Source of the DNA: Malacoraja senta
Taxonomy: Eukaryota
Direction of reading: 5' to 3'
DNA length: 64,000 nucleotides
Assembly: GCA_038087875.1 (NCBI GenBank)
Contig: CM075994.1
Location: 620,001-684,000 of the forward strand
Shown: piece by piece, positions 51,223-64,000 of the stretch
Layout: every line of letters starts with the position of its first letter
How positions within the stretch are numbered: position 1 is the stretch's first letter
Translations under genes and position numbers: made by a program
Notes under the pieces: generated by a model
Databases searched by the model: none
Told to the model about the DNA's origin: nothing
The model's input: only the letters and a program-made list of their open reading frames with translations

Positions 51223-52190
51223 TATTAGTTGTTGCAGATGCAGATGATGGTATCTCCGCATATATCGTAGCTGGAATAATATTGATGAAGGTCTACAAAG
51301 ATATTAGACAAAGCTGATCACAAACTGAACCGATGTAAAATTAATGTGAATTTCTGAATCACCCTCAACATAATAAAATGATCAAAGGACATTTTGCGGT
51401 AAGGTAACTGAGCAAATATGACGGAATCATAAAAGATGAAAGGCCAAAGATTGATCAAAAAGATAAGTTTACAATGAATGAATGTAGTGAATGTTTTGGG
51501 AAGATTATCTCAATTTTGACTGAAACTCCAGCCACTAAAAGTTAATCAATACCGATTTACACAGCTTTGGGATCGGAGATTTCTAAGTTCATAAGTGATA
51601 GGAGCAGAATTAGGCCATTGCAGTTTAGTTTGGTGTGAAAACGCACACCTCCAGATTCAGGGACAGTTTCTTCCCAGCTGTTATCAGGCAACTGAACCAT
51701 CCTACCACAACCAGAGAGCAGTCCTGAACTACTACTACCTCTTTGATGTCCCTCAGACTATCATTGACCGGACTTTACTGGCTTTACCTTGCACTAAACG
51801 TTATTCCTTATCATGTATCTGTACACTGTAAATTAATTGATTGTAATCATGTATTGTCTTTCCACTGACTGGTTAACATGCAACAAAAAGCTTTTCACTG
51901 TACCTCGGTAGACGTGACAATAAACTAAACTGAGACTATTGCCACGTGTGCCAAGGTACGGTGAAAAGCTTTTGATGTATGCTAACCAGTCAGCAGAAAC
52001 ATAGAAACATGGAAAAATAGGTGCAGGAAGAAGCCATTTGGTCCATCGAGCCAATTCAATATGATCATGGCTGGTCATCTAAATTCAATACCCCGTTCCT
52101 TTTATTTCCCCCATATCCTTCGATTCCTTTAGCCCTAGGAAATCTAACACTCTCTTAAAAATATCCAGTGAATTGGCCTCCAGTGCCTCC

Positions 52191-53089
52191 TGTCTTTACT
52201 GGAGCTGAGGATGGCCGCCGGAGATCTCCAACTGAAGGGACAGGAAGGGGCACGGCCCGGCATGGGAGATGTCGCCAATCGGAAAGCGCAGAGTCTGATC
52301 CTGGCAGTGGAGAGCGTCCAGCACCCATTGCTTTGGTTGTAAGTTCCAAGCGCACCATCATCACAATGCCCCGCAGTTCTAGCCCCTTATCCTCTGGTCC
52401 CACTCGCTGGCTCCTGCCCCCCCTCACCCTGCAAACTCGAGATCCTGGAGAGGGAGAGTGGGGGGAGGGGGGGGTGTGGGGGGGCAGGGTGAGGGGATAG
52501 AGGGAGAGTAGGGTGGGTAGAGGAGTTATGGAGGGATGGAGGGAGTGGCTGGGGGTAGGGAAAAGGAGAGGTGAGGGAGGGATTGGGGGAGGGGAGGAGG
52601 AGAGGGAAAAGAAGAGGGAGGAGGGAGAGTGGGGGACGAGGGGGAATAGAGGGAGTGGGGGAGTAGAGGAGGGGGTAGTGGGGGAGGTAGGAAGTGGGAA
52701 TAGAGGGGGAGGAGGGCAGTGGGGGAGGTGAGGAGGGATAGTGGGGAGGATAGGGGAGGTGAGGAGTGGGAGATGTGGGGGGATAGAGGGATAGGAGGGG
52801 GGCAGGGAGGGGAGAGGAGTTATGGAGGGAGGGAGGGAGTGACTGAGGATCGGGGAAAGGAGAGGAAGAGAGAAAATGTGGGAGGGATTGCGGAGGGGAG
52901 GAGGAGAGGGGAAAGAAGAGGGAGGGTGAAGAGGAGGGGAAGAGTGCGTGAGGGATGAGGGGAAATGTGCTGCGCATGTGCAGTTGGGGGCTATGGGTGA
53001 GTGGTGGAATATTGCGTTGGGGGAACGGGTTGCATTGGGTGACCAAGCCTCCGGTGTAACAGGGACCCAACGGGTCCCACTTAGTCTAG
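52191..53089 (+). mobile_element. Non-autonomous Helitron 3' part with a G-rich purine tract
   Basis: Hairpin GGGACCC-AAC-GGGTCCC (53062-53078), then CTAG|T at 53086-53090; G-rich tract ~52445-52965; 5' end not recognised. Confidence 0.7.
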
Positions 53090-53550
53090 TGACCTTATAA
53101 GATTGAAAGCCACAGGAACAGGAATACTTTACTGTCACATGTGACTAGGCACAGTGAGATTCTTTGCTGCATACCCAATGTGTACAAATAGCGGCCACCT
53201 ACAGCACTGACTTTTGTGTCCCCCCCCACATTGGTTCCTCCATGCCGGGTCCCCATTGTGCTTTGTCCCCTCTCCCCCCCCCCCATTGCCCTCTCTCACG
53301 GCGGTTCCCCCACGCCAGGTCCTCCATTGGTCTTCCCCTTCCCCCCGCACGCTGGTCCTCCACACTCTAATCGACCCGCAAGAACTCGACACCGCCATGA
53401 GGCTTCACCACCGCCGAGGCCCATTGACTGGTTAAGGATGGGGAGATTTCAGGAACAATCTCCCCGCCTTGCAAACTGACGATTCTGACCCAAAGAGTGG
53501 ATTAATTAATATGTCCTTGGAGGCAAGAATAGGAGGAACACATATATTCT

Positions 53551-54286
53551 TCTGGAGTAACTCAGCGGGACAGGCAGCATCTCTGGTGCGAAGGAATGGG
53601 TGACATTTCGGGTTAAGACCCTTCTTCAGACTGGTTAGCGATAAGGGAAATGAGGGATGTAGACGGTGATGTGGAAAAATAAAGAAAAATGAATGAAAGT
53701 TAAGCAAAAACGCAACGATGATAAAGGAAACAGGCCATAGTTAGCTGTTTGCTGGGTGAAAACGAGAAGCTAATGCAACTTGGGTGGGGGAGGGATGGAG
53801 AGAGAGAGAATGAGTACATTGTGGATTCCTACACAGACCTTTCTGTCCCAGATCTCCTCCATTGTCAGAGTGAGGCTAAATGCAAATTGGAGGAACAGCA
53901 TCTCATATTTTGCATGGGCAGCTTACAGCCCAGTGGTATGAATATTGATTTCTCTAACTTCAGGTGGCCCCAGCATTCCCTCTCTCTCCATCCCCCCCCC
54001 CCACACCCAAGTCGCACCAGCTTCTCATTTTCACCCAGCAAACAGCTAACAATGGCCTTTTTTCTTTATCATCGCTACTTTTCTGAATATCTTTCATTCA
54101 TTGTTCTTTATCTCTCCACAACACCATCTATATCTCTCGTATCCCTTATCCCTAACCAGTCTGAAGAAGGGTCTCATCTCAAAACGTCACCTATTCCTTC
54201 TCTCCAGAGATGCTGCCTGTCCCGCTGAGTTACTCCAGCTTTTTGTGTCTATCTTCGGTTTAAACCAGCATCTGCAGTTCCCTCTT
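53551..54286 (+). mobile_element. Penelope-like element with inverted terminal repeat arrangement and 13 bp TSD
   Basis: Inverted copy of the terminal block at 53551-53812, then KCKLEEQHLIFCMGSLQPSGMNIDFSNF (GIY-YIG C-terminus) and the direct terminal block; ACACATATATTCT at 53538-53550 and 54287-54299. Confidence 0.85.
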
Positions 54287-54994
54287 ACACATATATTCTG
54301 CTTCCAGTTCCAGGCTAGAAGAGGTGAGAGAAATGAAAAGTCTTCAGAAGAGTCAGGCAAAACAGTGCAGTATTTACAGAGTACTCTGGTCCACTGAATA
54401 CAGAATAATGTGTCTGGATCTCTTTGAGATGCATTTATCAACATTGAGAGTGTGCTATTTATCATACCTGGGTCACCGGTTCTTCTCTGCTTGTAGTACT
54501 GGTATCTAACCAGGTGATGGCGGTGTCGTGCAGTTTCAGAGTGTGGACCTGCAGCTGCCCCTGACTGTGGAGACTGCAGATGCTGGAATCCCGAGCAAAG
54601 GTTAAACTGCTGGAAGAATTCTGTGGGTCAGGCAGCATCTGTGGAAGCAGAAGAATGGTCGATGTATCGGGTTGAGACGCTGCGTTTCAATGCCACTCTT
54701 GGGTGCACCACAACTCGATCTGAACACTAGTTCTTTTCCCCGAAGATAGACACAAAATGCCGGAGTAACTCATAATATTTCAAAATATGTCATCTCATTT
54801 AGTCAATTGACAGTGCATCAGAATGAGTCTTAACTGAGACTTCCGGTGGCGCTATGGAGGCTTGAGCCCAGCGTCAACTAGCTCCGTGCTGAAAAATCCG
54901 AAAACGGGAGAAAAATCGGGACCTACCTGAGGCGATTGCGAATTGAACTGCTGCCTGCTGCGAGTGACGTCATCAGGCGTGCGACTTTACCGGT

Positions 54995-56059
54995 ATGTCG
55001 ATACAACATACCCCCCCCAGGGTGACAAAAAAAGCCGGTAAAGCGAGACAACCGACGGAAGAGGTAGGCCCAACCGAGGCCTCGGCCTCAGGTACAACGA
55101 TGCTCCAGGAAGACCCATCGAAGAAACCAAAGCAAAAAAAATCTGAAATGGAAGAACTTAAAAACTTTATCTCCAATGAGATAAAAAATATTCAAACACA
55201 GCTGAAAACCTTTGAAGGAAAGCTGAATTTTAAAGAGGAACTTAAAGAGGAACTTAACTCTTTTAAGGTAGATTTTAAAGCAGAAATGCTCTCTACCGTT
55301 CAGGATATATTGGAAATCTGGAAGAGGTCGAGGGACGAAGAGGTCAAAGATCAGATGGAAGAGGTGGAAGGCAGGATCGCTTTGGTGGAATCGAGCCTTA
55401 AGGGAGAGATTGACCCTATCCTTCAGACACTGAAGCAACATATTATAGCGATAACTGAACTTGAGAGATGTGTGGCGACAAATGCGGAAACTGTAAATCG
55501 ACTCCTTACCGAAAATCAACGCCTCTCCGAAATGGTGACTAAATTAAGTGGAAAGTGTATCGACCTGGAGGGGCGTCAAAGACGCCAGAACTTAAGAATT
55601 GTAGGTGTGAAAGAAGGAAGTGAGAGGGATATGGGCACTCGGGATTTTGTGGCAGATCTACTACAAAAAGCCTTAAAGTTGGATCAAAAACCTGTACTTG
55701 GTCGAGCACATAGAGCGCAGGGGCGTCGTACACGAGATGATGCCTACCCAAGACAAATTATAGTAAAGGTGCAACTTGATTATGAATTTGACGAGATAAT
55801 GAAGAAAATTGCCCGTACCAGAGACCTCTCTTTTGAAGGAGTGAGGATCAGTATCTACAGAGACTACCTGGAGGTCTTCAAGAAAAGAGCGCTGTTTACT
55901 GAGACAAAAAGAATACTGAAGAATATAGCAAATTTGAGATACGGCTGGCTTTATCCCGCAACATTAAGAGTCACCTACATGAGCAAGGAGCAATTTTTTA
56001 CAGACCATGAAAAAGCACTGGAATTCGCCAAAGACATCGGGAATGTGACCGCAGACTGA
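54995..56059 (+). CDS. L1 ORF1p (coiled coil, RRM, CTD), 354 aa, open
   Basis: LEGRQRRQNLRIVGVKEG, RAHR, PRQIIVK, ISIYRDY and LYPATLRV motifs. Confidence 0.9.
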   Translation: MSIQHTPPRVTKKAGKARQPTEEVGPTEASASGTTMLQEDPSKKPKQKKSEMEELKNFISNEIKNIQTQLKTFEGKLNFKEELKEELNSFKVDFKAEMLSTVQDILEIWKRSRDEEVKDQMEEVEGRIALVESSLKGEIDPILQTLKQHIIAITELERCVATNAETVNRLLTENQRLSEMVTKLSGKCIDLEGRQRRQNLRIVGVKEGSERDMGTRDFVADLLQKALKLDQKPVLGRAHRAQGRRTRDDAYPRQIIVKVQLDYEFDEIMKKIARTRDLSFEGVRISIYRDYLEVFKKRALFTETKRILKNIANLRYGWLYPATLRVTYMSKEQFFTDHEKALEFAKDIGNVTAD

Positions 56060-57089
56060 ACAATATACATCACTCCTCAGGAGTCAAGGAATAACGGGAC
56101 CTCGCCAGGTCTAAAAGGATCTTTAAAGTACTTTTAAGAGCTTTAAGGACGTTTGAAAATTGAAATGGACATTGGAGAAAACCTGGGTTTTTTTGCTTCT
56201 CGTTTTTTAATTTTTTTTTTAAATTTCTCCTAATATCTCTAATTTTTTTAAATTATTCATTCTTCTTGTTTAGTATAAATTCTAAGAACAATAATATCAC
56301 AGTTATGATCAATTGCTACTAATCACTATTATTATTTAGTATTTTCATATTTAACCATACATGTAACTAGTAATACTTATTAAATATCATTATTACTATT
56401 AAAATTACTAAATCTATATTATTCATAAATATTTTTACCGTGTATGAATAATAACAATGATTAATAACTAACAGTTTCTGGTTAACGTAGAAATAGATTA
56501 CATACATATATTCCATAGGAATATAAGTAAGAGGTAATTTAGCCCATGTATTAATAAGGGTTGATGGTTTTCCTCTTTATTTTTCAATTAAAAATTAAAA
56601 ATACATACTTAAAGAAGATATTAATATGGTATTTAGAGAATAATAACGTTGTTAACTTTTACTGTTGTTTACCTTTTTTGGGTTTTTGAAAAGAAAACAA
56701 AAATTTTGCAACTCCCAAAGAAGTTATTTGATTGTTAGAAATATCATCTTTTTAAAAAAAAATTTTTAGCGCGGAGCTAGGATTTTTTTCTTTTACAAAG
56801 GCTACGGAAGTCTTTAGAATTCTAGCCATGCTAGTGTGGCTAACACTAACTACACTAATTGTAGTTGTAGTTTTTTTTCTTTCACCCTATACTAATCAAC
56901 TATATCACTTTTTTCACTTTAATTATTGTTATAATTTTAAGTTTGAATGGAACTACAAGGTTAATTCAAGGAGATGTGTTCAGAGGAGCGAAGTATGTTA
57001 TTTAAAATTCATCTATCTGAGGTTCGGGGACAAGGTCAGGTTTTATGTGTTGTACCTTCTCCTCGGCTATAGACCACCCTAGAAACAAT

Positions 57090-60000
57090 ATGCAAGATGG
57101 TAATATGACAAGAGGGGGTGAAGGAATAACGTTTTGTAGTTTGAATGTTAAGGGAATTAATGAACCAATTAAGAGAGGTAAAGTTTTAACACATTTAAAT
57201 TCACTCAAGACAGATATAATATTCCTCCAAGAAACACACCTTAAAAAGGAATCACAATATAGACTAAAAGCTAAGTGGATCGCTGAATCGTATCATGCCT
57301 CTTTTTCACACAAGTCCAGAGGAGTTGCAATATTAATTCGTAAAGGAATACCTTTTACACATTCCTCAACAATAGCGGATATAGATGGTAGATATATTAT
57401 ATTAGTTGGAGAGTTAAATGGGATAAAAGTGATTCTTCTTAATGTATATGGACCTAATTTTGATAATCCTATGTTTTTTAATAAAACATTTAATATAATC
57501 CCAGAATTTACACAATATAAATTAATAATTGGAGGAGATTTCAATTGTACATTAGACTCTTATTTAGATAGATCATCAAGGCAAAAAAAAGTAAAATCTC
57601 AATCAAGTGTATTTTTAAATTCATTTATTAATACCACTAATATTAAGGATGTCTGGAGAATTGAAAACCCAACTGGACGGGAATACTCATTTTACTCACC
57701 GGTACATAAAACATACTCAAGAATAGATTATTTTTTAGTCGACTCCACGTTTATCCCATTTACTTATAACTCAAAATACCATAATATTATAATCTCAGAC
57801 CACGCACCAGAAACATTTATGATTAAATTAAATGTAATGTCCGAGAAACAAACATATTGGAGATTTAACCCACAAATATTGAATGAAAGATCATGTCAGG
57901 AATATCTTATTAAACAGATGCAAACATTTTTCGAGGCAAATGACAACCCTGACACATCTGTCTCTCTTATTTGGGAAACATTTAAAGCGTTTGTCCGAGG
58001 CGCATTAATTTCTGCCCAAATATTTTATAACAAAGAGAACCGGATTAAACAACAAACACTGGACAGGGAAATAAAGCAACTAGATATAGAAAATGCGAGA
58101 ATGCCATCTATGTTAAAACATAACAAAATTGCTGTACTGAAATATAAACTAAACAAAATGTATTCAGAACAAGTAATAAAACTTTATCAACATACTAAAC
58201 AATTACATTTTGAGTTTGGAGACAAACCACAAAAACTATTAGCACGTCAGCTACGAAAAATGGAGGGGGAAAAAATAATTCATAAAATTAGAGCAGATAC
58301 AGGAGAATTATTAAAATTGCCCAAGGATATAAACGAGAGATTTCTCCAATACTATCATAATCTTTACTCAACTAAAACTGTAGTACAACCAGAAGGAATA
58401 GCAGATTTTTTACAAAAATGTAATTTAAAAGGTTTAGATTCAAAAGATAGAGAATTATTAGAAGCGGAGATTACGATAAAAGATATTGAAGAGTCTATTG
58501 GATCTTTAAAAAATGGTAAAGCAGTAGGACCAGATGGTTTAGGCTCTGAATTCTATAAAAAAAAATTATGATTTGCTTTCTCCACGTTTACAAATGCTGT
58601 ATGAACATATTTATACTCAACAGAAACTTCCAGATACCTTAAATGAATCTATAATAACACTTATTCCTAAAGCTGATAAGGATCCGGAAGATCCAGGATC
58701 ATATAGAGCAATTGCACTTTTAAATACAGATCAGAAAATACTAACAAAAATTTTAGTGCACAGATTAAGTACAGTGATGAATAAACTAATACACCCTGAC
58801 CAAACAGGTTTTATTCAGAAGCGGTATTCATATTACAATCTAAGAAGATTATTTAATATAATATATTCAAAGAGAAATATTAATGAAGATCTAGCAATAA
58901 TCTCACTCGATGCTGAAAAAGCTTTTGATCAGGTGGAATGGCCCTATTTATTTTCGGTGATGGAAAAATTGCAGCTGGGCGAAAAATTTTGTGCATGGAT
59001 AAAACTGTTATATACAAACCCTACGGCTAGAATATTAACAAACCAAAGGTTATCATCTAAATTTAACCTATCTAGAGGTTGTAGACAAGGATGCCCGTTG
59101 TCTCCATTATTATTTGCGCTTGTTATAGAGCCACTCGCCGAAAGAGTCAGGACCCATCCGGAAATATATGGGTATAACACAAAGGATACAGTGAATACAA
59201 TTTCTTTATACGCAGATGATGTATTAATTTACATTACAAAACCAGAAATTAGTATTCCAAATTTATTAAAGCTAATAACCCAATTTGGTTCACTCTCAGG
59301 ATACAGAATAAATTGGAATAAAAATGAAATTATGCCAATAAGGGAACATAATAAACATATAATACAACAATTTCCATTTAAAATAGTAAATGAAAAATTT
59401 AAATACCTAGGCATTTATGTTACTAAGACCTATACATCATTATTTAAAGCAAACTTTCCCCCATTACTGAACAAACTACATAAGAATATTCAGTATTGGA
59501 AAACACTTCCTATCTCAATGGTTGGCAAAATTAATGCCATAAAAATGATTTTCTTACCGCAAATATTATACCTTTTTCAAACAATTCCGATATACTTGTC
59601 AAAAAACCTTTTTAAAAAGTTAGATTCCATTGTCAGTGACTTTATCTGGGATTATAAGAATCATAGGATAAGCAAAAAACATCTGTGCAAATCAAAAATA
59701 AATGGAGATTTGGTTTTACCAAACTTTTTGTTTTATTTTTGGGCAGTTAACATTAAAAATATGAATTTTTGGTTGGAAGAAATAGATCAACAACCAGATT
59801 GGTTAAAAATGGAAAAGGAAGATTGCTCACCTTTTGAAATCGGCTCGATACTATTTGCTACTTCTAAATTAAATTAAAAAATTTATAGGGAAAATCCTAT
59901 AATATATAGTACTATGCGAATTTGGAAACAATTAAAAAAGACATTAAAACTAGATAATTTATCACTTTTTCTTCCAATTGCGAATAACCCTTTGTTTAAG

Positions 60001-60906
60001 CCCTCATGGTTGGACAAAGGTTTCACACAATGGAAAAACTATGGAATTAAAAAGATGGGACAACTTTATAAGGAAGGCACTTTTCTTTCATTTCAGGAGT
60101 TGCAACAGATTTATGGACTTCAAGTAAATGATTTTTTCAGATATCTCCAACTTAGAGATTACGTAAAAGCAAATACTCGAAATTTTAGAATTAGAAATTC
60201 AGAAATTTTTGACGACTGTTGGAATAAACATCCTAATACAGAAAAACTAATATCTTATATATATAATATTTTATTAGACAGTGATATTCCATTGACGGAC
60301 TTACACAGACAAACTTGGGAAAAAGAACTAAATCAAATAATAACGAAAGATACTTGGGAAGAAAGTTTACAACACATACATCAATGTTCATTAAATGCCA
60401 GACATTCTCTAATACAATTCAAAGTAATACATAGGTTACATTATTCAAAAACAAAATTACATAAAATCTTTCAACATATCTCACCTATATGTGATAAATG
60501 TCAACATTTAGAAGCTAACTTATCTCATATGTTTGCAAATTGCATAAAAATTAAAAATTTCTGCGTAAATATTTTCACAATAATATCTAAAGTGACTAGC
60601 ATTCAATTGGACCCGGATCCAAAATTAATAATACTTGGAACATTAGAACTAAATCAAACATTTACATCAACTCAAAGAAACGTTATTGATTATAGTATAA
60701 TAACTGGGAAAAAATTAATTCTAAAATTTTGGAAAGGCCCTATAACCCCCACAATCAAAATGTGGATTATAGAAATGACGGAGACCTTACACTTGGAAAG
60801 AATTAGACTTGTCCTGTTGGACAAACAGGAACTATTCGTCGGAACATGGTCTCCCTTTATTGACTATTTAAAGGGTCAGAATGGTTCAGCACAAGAACCT
60901 GACTAA
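57090..60906 (+). pseudogene. L1 ORF2 (APE endonuclease, RT, CCHC) with two lesions
   Basis: SLNVKGI, FLQETHL, GGDFN, SRIDYF, SDHAP, DAEKAFD, QGCPLSP and YADDV motifs; +1 frameshift in the A-run at ~58556-58565; in-frame TAA at 59875-59877. Confidence 0.93.
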
Positions 60907-61314
60907 CACCCGTGCCAAGGAATAGATGAAATGTTATACTCTGAAATGTACGAATATATCTCGAATGAAGTTTTTTATCGTAGTAAATTATTCCATTCTT
61001 CTTTATTATCTTTTTTTTTTGTTTTTGTTTTTTTTTGTTGTTGTTGTTTTTTTTTTGTTTTGTTTTGTTTCTTCTCTTTTTTCTCTTTCTTTCTTTATTT
61101 CATCTATATCTTTTTAGTTCTATTTAGTTTTAAAAAAAAAGAAAAAAGTATTGGAGACTGTAATAATAATGGACGATATTAGTAATTTAAAAATGTAAGA
61201 CTGGTATCGATTTTAATATGATATGTATCTACCTCCAATAAAAAATAATTTCAACAAAAAAAAAAGAATGAGTCTTAACTTCCAAATCATAACGGATGGA
61301 ATCATCTTCACATT

Positions 61315-61625
61315 CACAAGTTATAAGATTAGAATTAGGCCATTCGGCCAATCAAGTCTACTCCTCCATTCAATCATGGCTGATCTCTGCCTCCTAATCC
61401 CATTTTCCTTCCTTCTCCACATAACCCTTGACACCCTTTCTAATCAAGAATTTGTCTATCTCTGCCTTAAAAATATCCACTGACTTGGCCTCAACAGCCC
61501 TCTGTGGCAATTAACTACCCTCTGACTAAAGAAGTTCCTCCTCATCTCCTTTCTAAAGGGGGCCTTTAATTCTGAGGCTATGACCTCTGGTCCCTCCAGT
61601 GGAAACATCCTTTCTACATCCATTT
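61315..61625 (-). mobile_element. CR1 3' tail fragment
   Basis: AGAATTAGGCCATTCGGCC...CCATTCAATCATGGCTGATC tail. Confidence 0.8.
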
Positions 61626-62026
61626 TGCAATACGTGTTAAAACTCTGCTGTTGCCCTTGATAGCTCTTTCAGTTCATAAATTCATGTGATAAAGGGGGGA
61701 ACAAAATGAGGCCTAACATCTAGGACAGGGGTCGGCAATGGGATCCGGCCCGTAACCCGAAATCATCTGTCCCGCAGGTGTGTTTTTTTCGACCTGCGAA
61801 CTGCAGCCAGTCCCGGGGGAAGCAGGCGAACTGGGAACTGCAGCCGGACCATACGGCCGACCTGGGCACTACAGCCAGTCCCTGGCAGGTGAGCCGACCT
61901 GGGCGCGCAGGCGACCTGGGAACTGCAGGTCGTTTGGTCCACCGTGTCCGCGCCGACCAGCAATCATCCCATACACTAGCACCATCCGACACACTAAGGG
62001 CAATTTACAATTTACTGAAGCACTTA

Positions 62027-62496
62027 AGGGCTTGTCCCACTTACGCGACCTTGGCTCGCAAATTACGCAACCTCGTGGTCCCTTGAGGCGTACGGGCATC
62101 GTATGGCCGCGCGGGGCCGGTCCCACTTAGAAGCGCGGAGGCGTATGGAGTTGCGCGGGGCCGGTCCCGACATCGCGCGGGGCTCCGACATTCTTGCAGT
62201 GACCGAAATCTTCGCGCGCCAACGGCCTGTCGGCCCGCGTTCGCACGCAGGCGCATTGCTGTCGTACGCAGCTCTTAACGTCATACGCAGCGTCTTGACA
62301 GCATACGCCTAGCACGTGGCGTTGCGTGATGACGTCACCTCCCGACGCTGTGCGACGCCCAAATTCAGTCGGCCCGCCTCCTGCCCAGCTGATTTGTAAA
62401 CATGACGTAAAGACGTCACGCGCGAACTTCGTGCGACCTCCGCTTTCGGTTGGTCACGCCAAACGCACGCAATCGCATGCAAGTGGGACAGGCCCT
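62027..62496. mobile_element. PIF/Harbinger-type MITE, CpG-rich, inserted in a V-SINE
   Basis: TIRs AGGGCTTGTCCCACTT / AAGTGGGACAGGCCCT; TTA at 62024-62026 and 62497-62499; SINE sequence continues on both sides. Confidence 0.8.
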
Positions 62497-62934
62497 TTAA
62501 CCTACAAATCTGGACGTCTTTGGAGTGTGGGCAGGCGAGCCGACCTGGGACTGGCTGTAACGCCCAGGTCACAAAGCATGGGGGGGGATCGTCCCCCACC
62601 TCTCAAAACATGGGGGGACAGCCCCCCCCCCCAGGATTTCCGCCCATGATTGGCTCATCAAGTCTACTCCGCCATTCAATCATGGCTGATCCTTCTGCCA
62701 CAGATTCACCACCCTGTTGTGTTTCTTCATCTCATTACTGTCCTTGTTCTTCACACCAACGCTGTTTGTTGTTGAATCTTCTGCCTTCCACTCCCACCTT
62801 ATCATAAATGTTCCTTTATGACCTCCATTTCACTTCTGCCATTGGGACTAGGTACAGGAATCTGAAAAGTGTAACGTCCAAGTTCAGGAACAGCTTCTTC
62901 CCAACAGCCATCAAGCCATTGAACACTACCAGCT

Positions 62935-63140
62935 ATTTACTTTTTTACATATCTTTAATTTCATTATACCGCTGTCCACATCTCTCGTTTCTCTTTCCCG
63001 TGATTCTCAGTCTGAAGAAGGGTCTCGACCAGAAATGTCACCTATTCCTTTTCTCCAGAGATGCTGCCTGACCTGCTGAGTACTCCAGCTTTTTGTGTCT
63101 ATCTTTGGTTTAAACCAGCATCCGCAGTTCCTTCCTAACA
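62935..63140 (+). mobile_element. Penelope-like terminal fragment with hammerhead-like core
   Basis: CAGTCTGAAGAAGGGTCTCGACCAGAAATGTCACC plus the shared terminal block. Confidence 0.75.
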
Positions 63141-63769
63141 ATTCGATGAATTCCTTTCCCAGACACAGTCTCAAGTAATTCGAGAATTTCATAATAGTTT
63201 TCTCAATTTCTAATTTCGAGCACTTTTAGTCTTCTTTCCACCAACATGGATTTTCTCTTCATTCGTTCTTGCAGAATGAAGTGATGGTATCTCAGCATAT
63301 AACACAGTTGAGTTGTCGTTGATGAAGTCTGCAAGCAAATCCGATAAAGCAAGTCACAAACAGATCTGATGGACATAACCAGCAACGATGTGAACTTCAA
63401 CAGAGTAAAATGACCCAAGGCATTTCACTGGAGCATTATTGAGCAAAGTTTGACAATTGTTCTTAAGGAGACTTACTGTATTAAGATCAACACTAAATGC
63501 TGGAGTAACTCAGCCGGACAGGCAGCATCTCTGGAGAGATGAGATGGGTGACGTTTCGGGTCGAGACCCTTCTTCCACACTTACAGTATTAAGATTGAAA
63601 GTCAATGACTGGTCAAAGATGGGGAGATTTCAGGAAGAAACTCCCAACCCAGCAAACTGATGATACTGCCTCAAAGAGTGGATTAATGAATATATGATGC
63701 CCCTGGAGCTAAGAACAGGAGGAACACATACATTGCACAGTTCAAGGCCAGAAGAGGTGAGAAAGGAAG

Positions 63770-64000
63770 AGACCAGAAGAGATGTGCAAGCATGATTCCA
63801 GAGGCTCTGTGCAAGAATGGACAGAGACAGCTGGACTTTTTGAGGAGGCTCCACTCCTTCAACATCTGCATTGAGATGCAGCAGATGTTCTGCCAATCTG
63901 TGGTGGCCAGTGCCATGTTCTTCGCTGCCGTGTGATGGGGCAGCAGGGCAAAGGCCACAGACGCCAACAGGATCAACAAACTCATCAGGAAGGCTGGCTC
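63770..64000 (+). mobile_element. Rex1-type LINE fragment running off the window
   Basis: GQRQLDFLRRLHSF...SVVASAMFFAAV*WG...RINKLIRKAG. Confidence 0.8.

Larger units (their letters stand above)
54836..61264 (+). mobile_element. Full-length L1 LINE (~6.4 kb) with 16 bp TSD AGAATGAGTCTTAACT
   Basis: TSD at 54820-54835 and 61265-61280; GC-rich 5' UTR, ORF1, spacer, ORF2, AATAAA at 61237, poly-A. Confidence 0.96.

Noticed and set aside
52155..53138. Pro-rich 327 aa and 227 aa minus-strand ORFs
   Set aside because: Artefact of the G-rich tract.

Overview
Repeat-dense vertebrate DNA. The repeat content (HE1/V-SINEs, HER1/CR1, Penelope-like termini, Rex1, L1) and the receptor type point to a cartilaginous fish, probably a skate or ray; this is inference. 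The only intact host gene I can support is a two-exon class A GPCR of the expanded elasmobranch 'GPR139-like' type (exons 4810-4879 and 6634-7559, 331 aa). Its tandem paralogue 16.2 kb downstream carries one nonsense codon. The two copies are nearly identical through TM5-TM6 but sharply different in ECL3. The region was built by segmental duplication: a direct GPCR unit duplication, an inverted ~3 kb block, and an older direct duplication near the right end. Less ordinary items: an orphan, apparently half-spliced PXDC1-like fragment inside a SINE; a 2.5 kb foldback element; a 515 bp element with terminal inverted repeats and a 5 bp TSD that carries Gypsy pol sequence; a 1.1 kb non-autonomous LTR element; a 65 bp satellite inside a Helitron-like element with CR1 and L1 nested in it; hammerhead-ribozyme-like cores in Penelope termini; and a full-length L1 with a 16 bp TSD. 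All alignments were done by eye and family names come from recalled motifs, not database searches.
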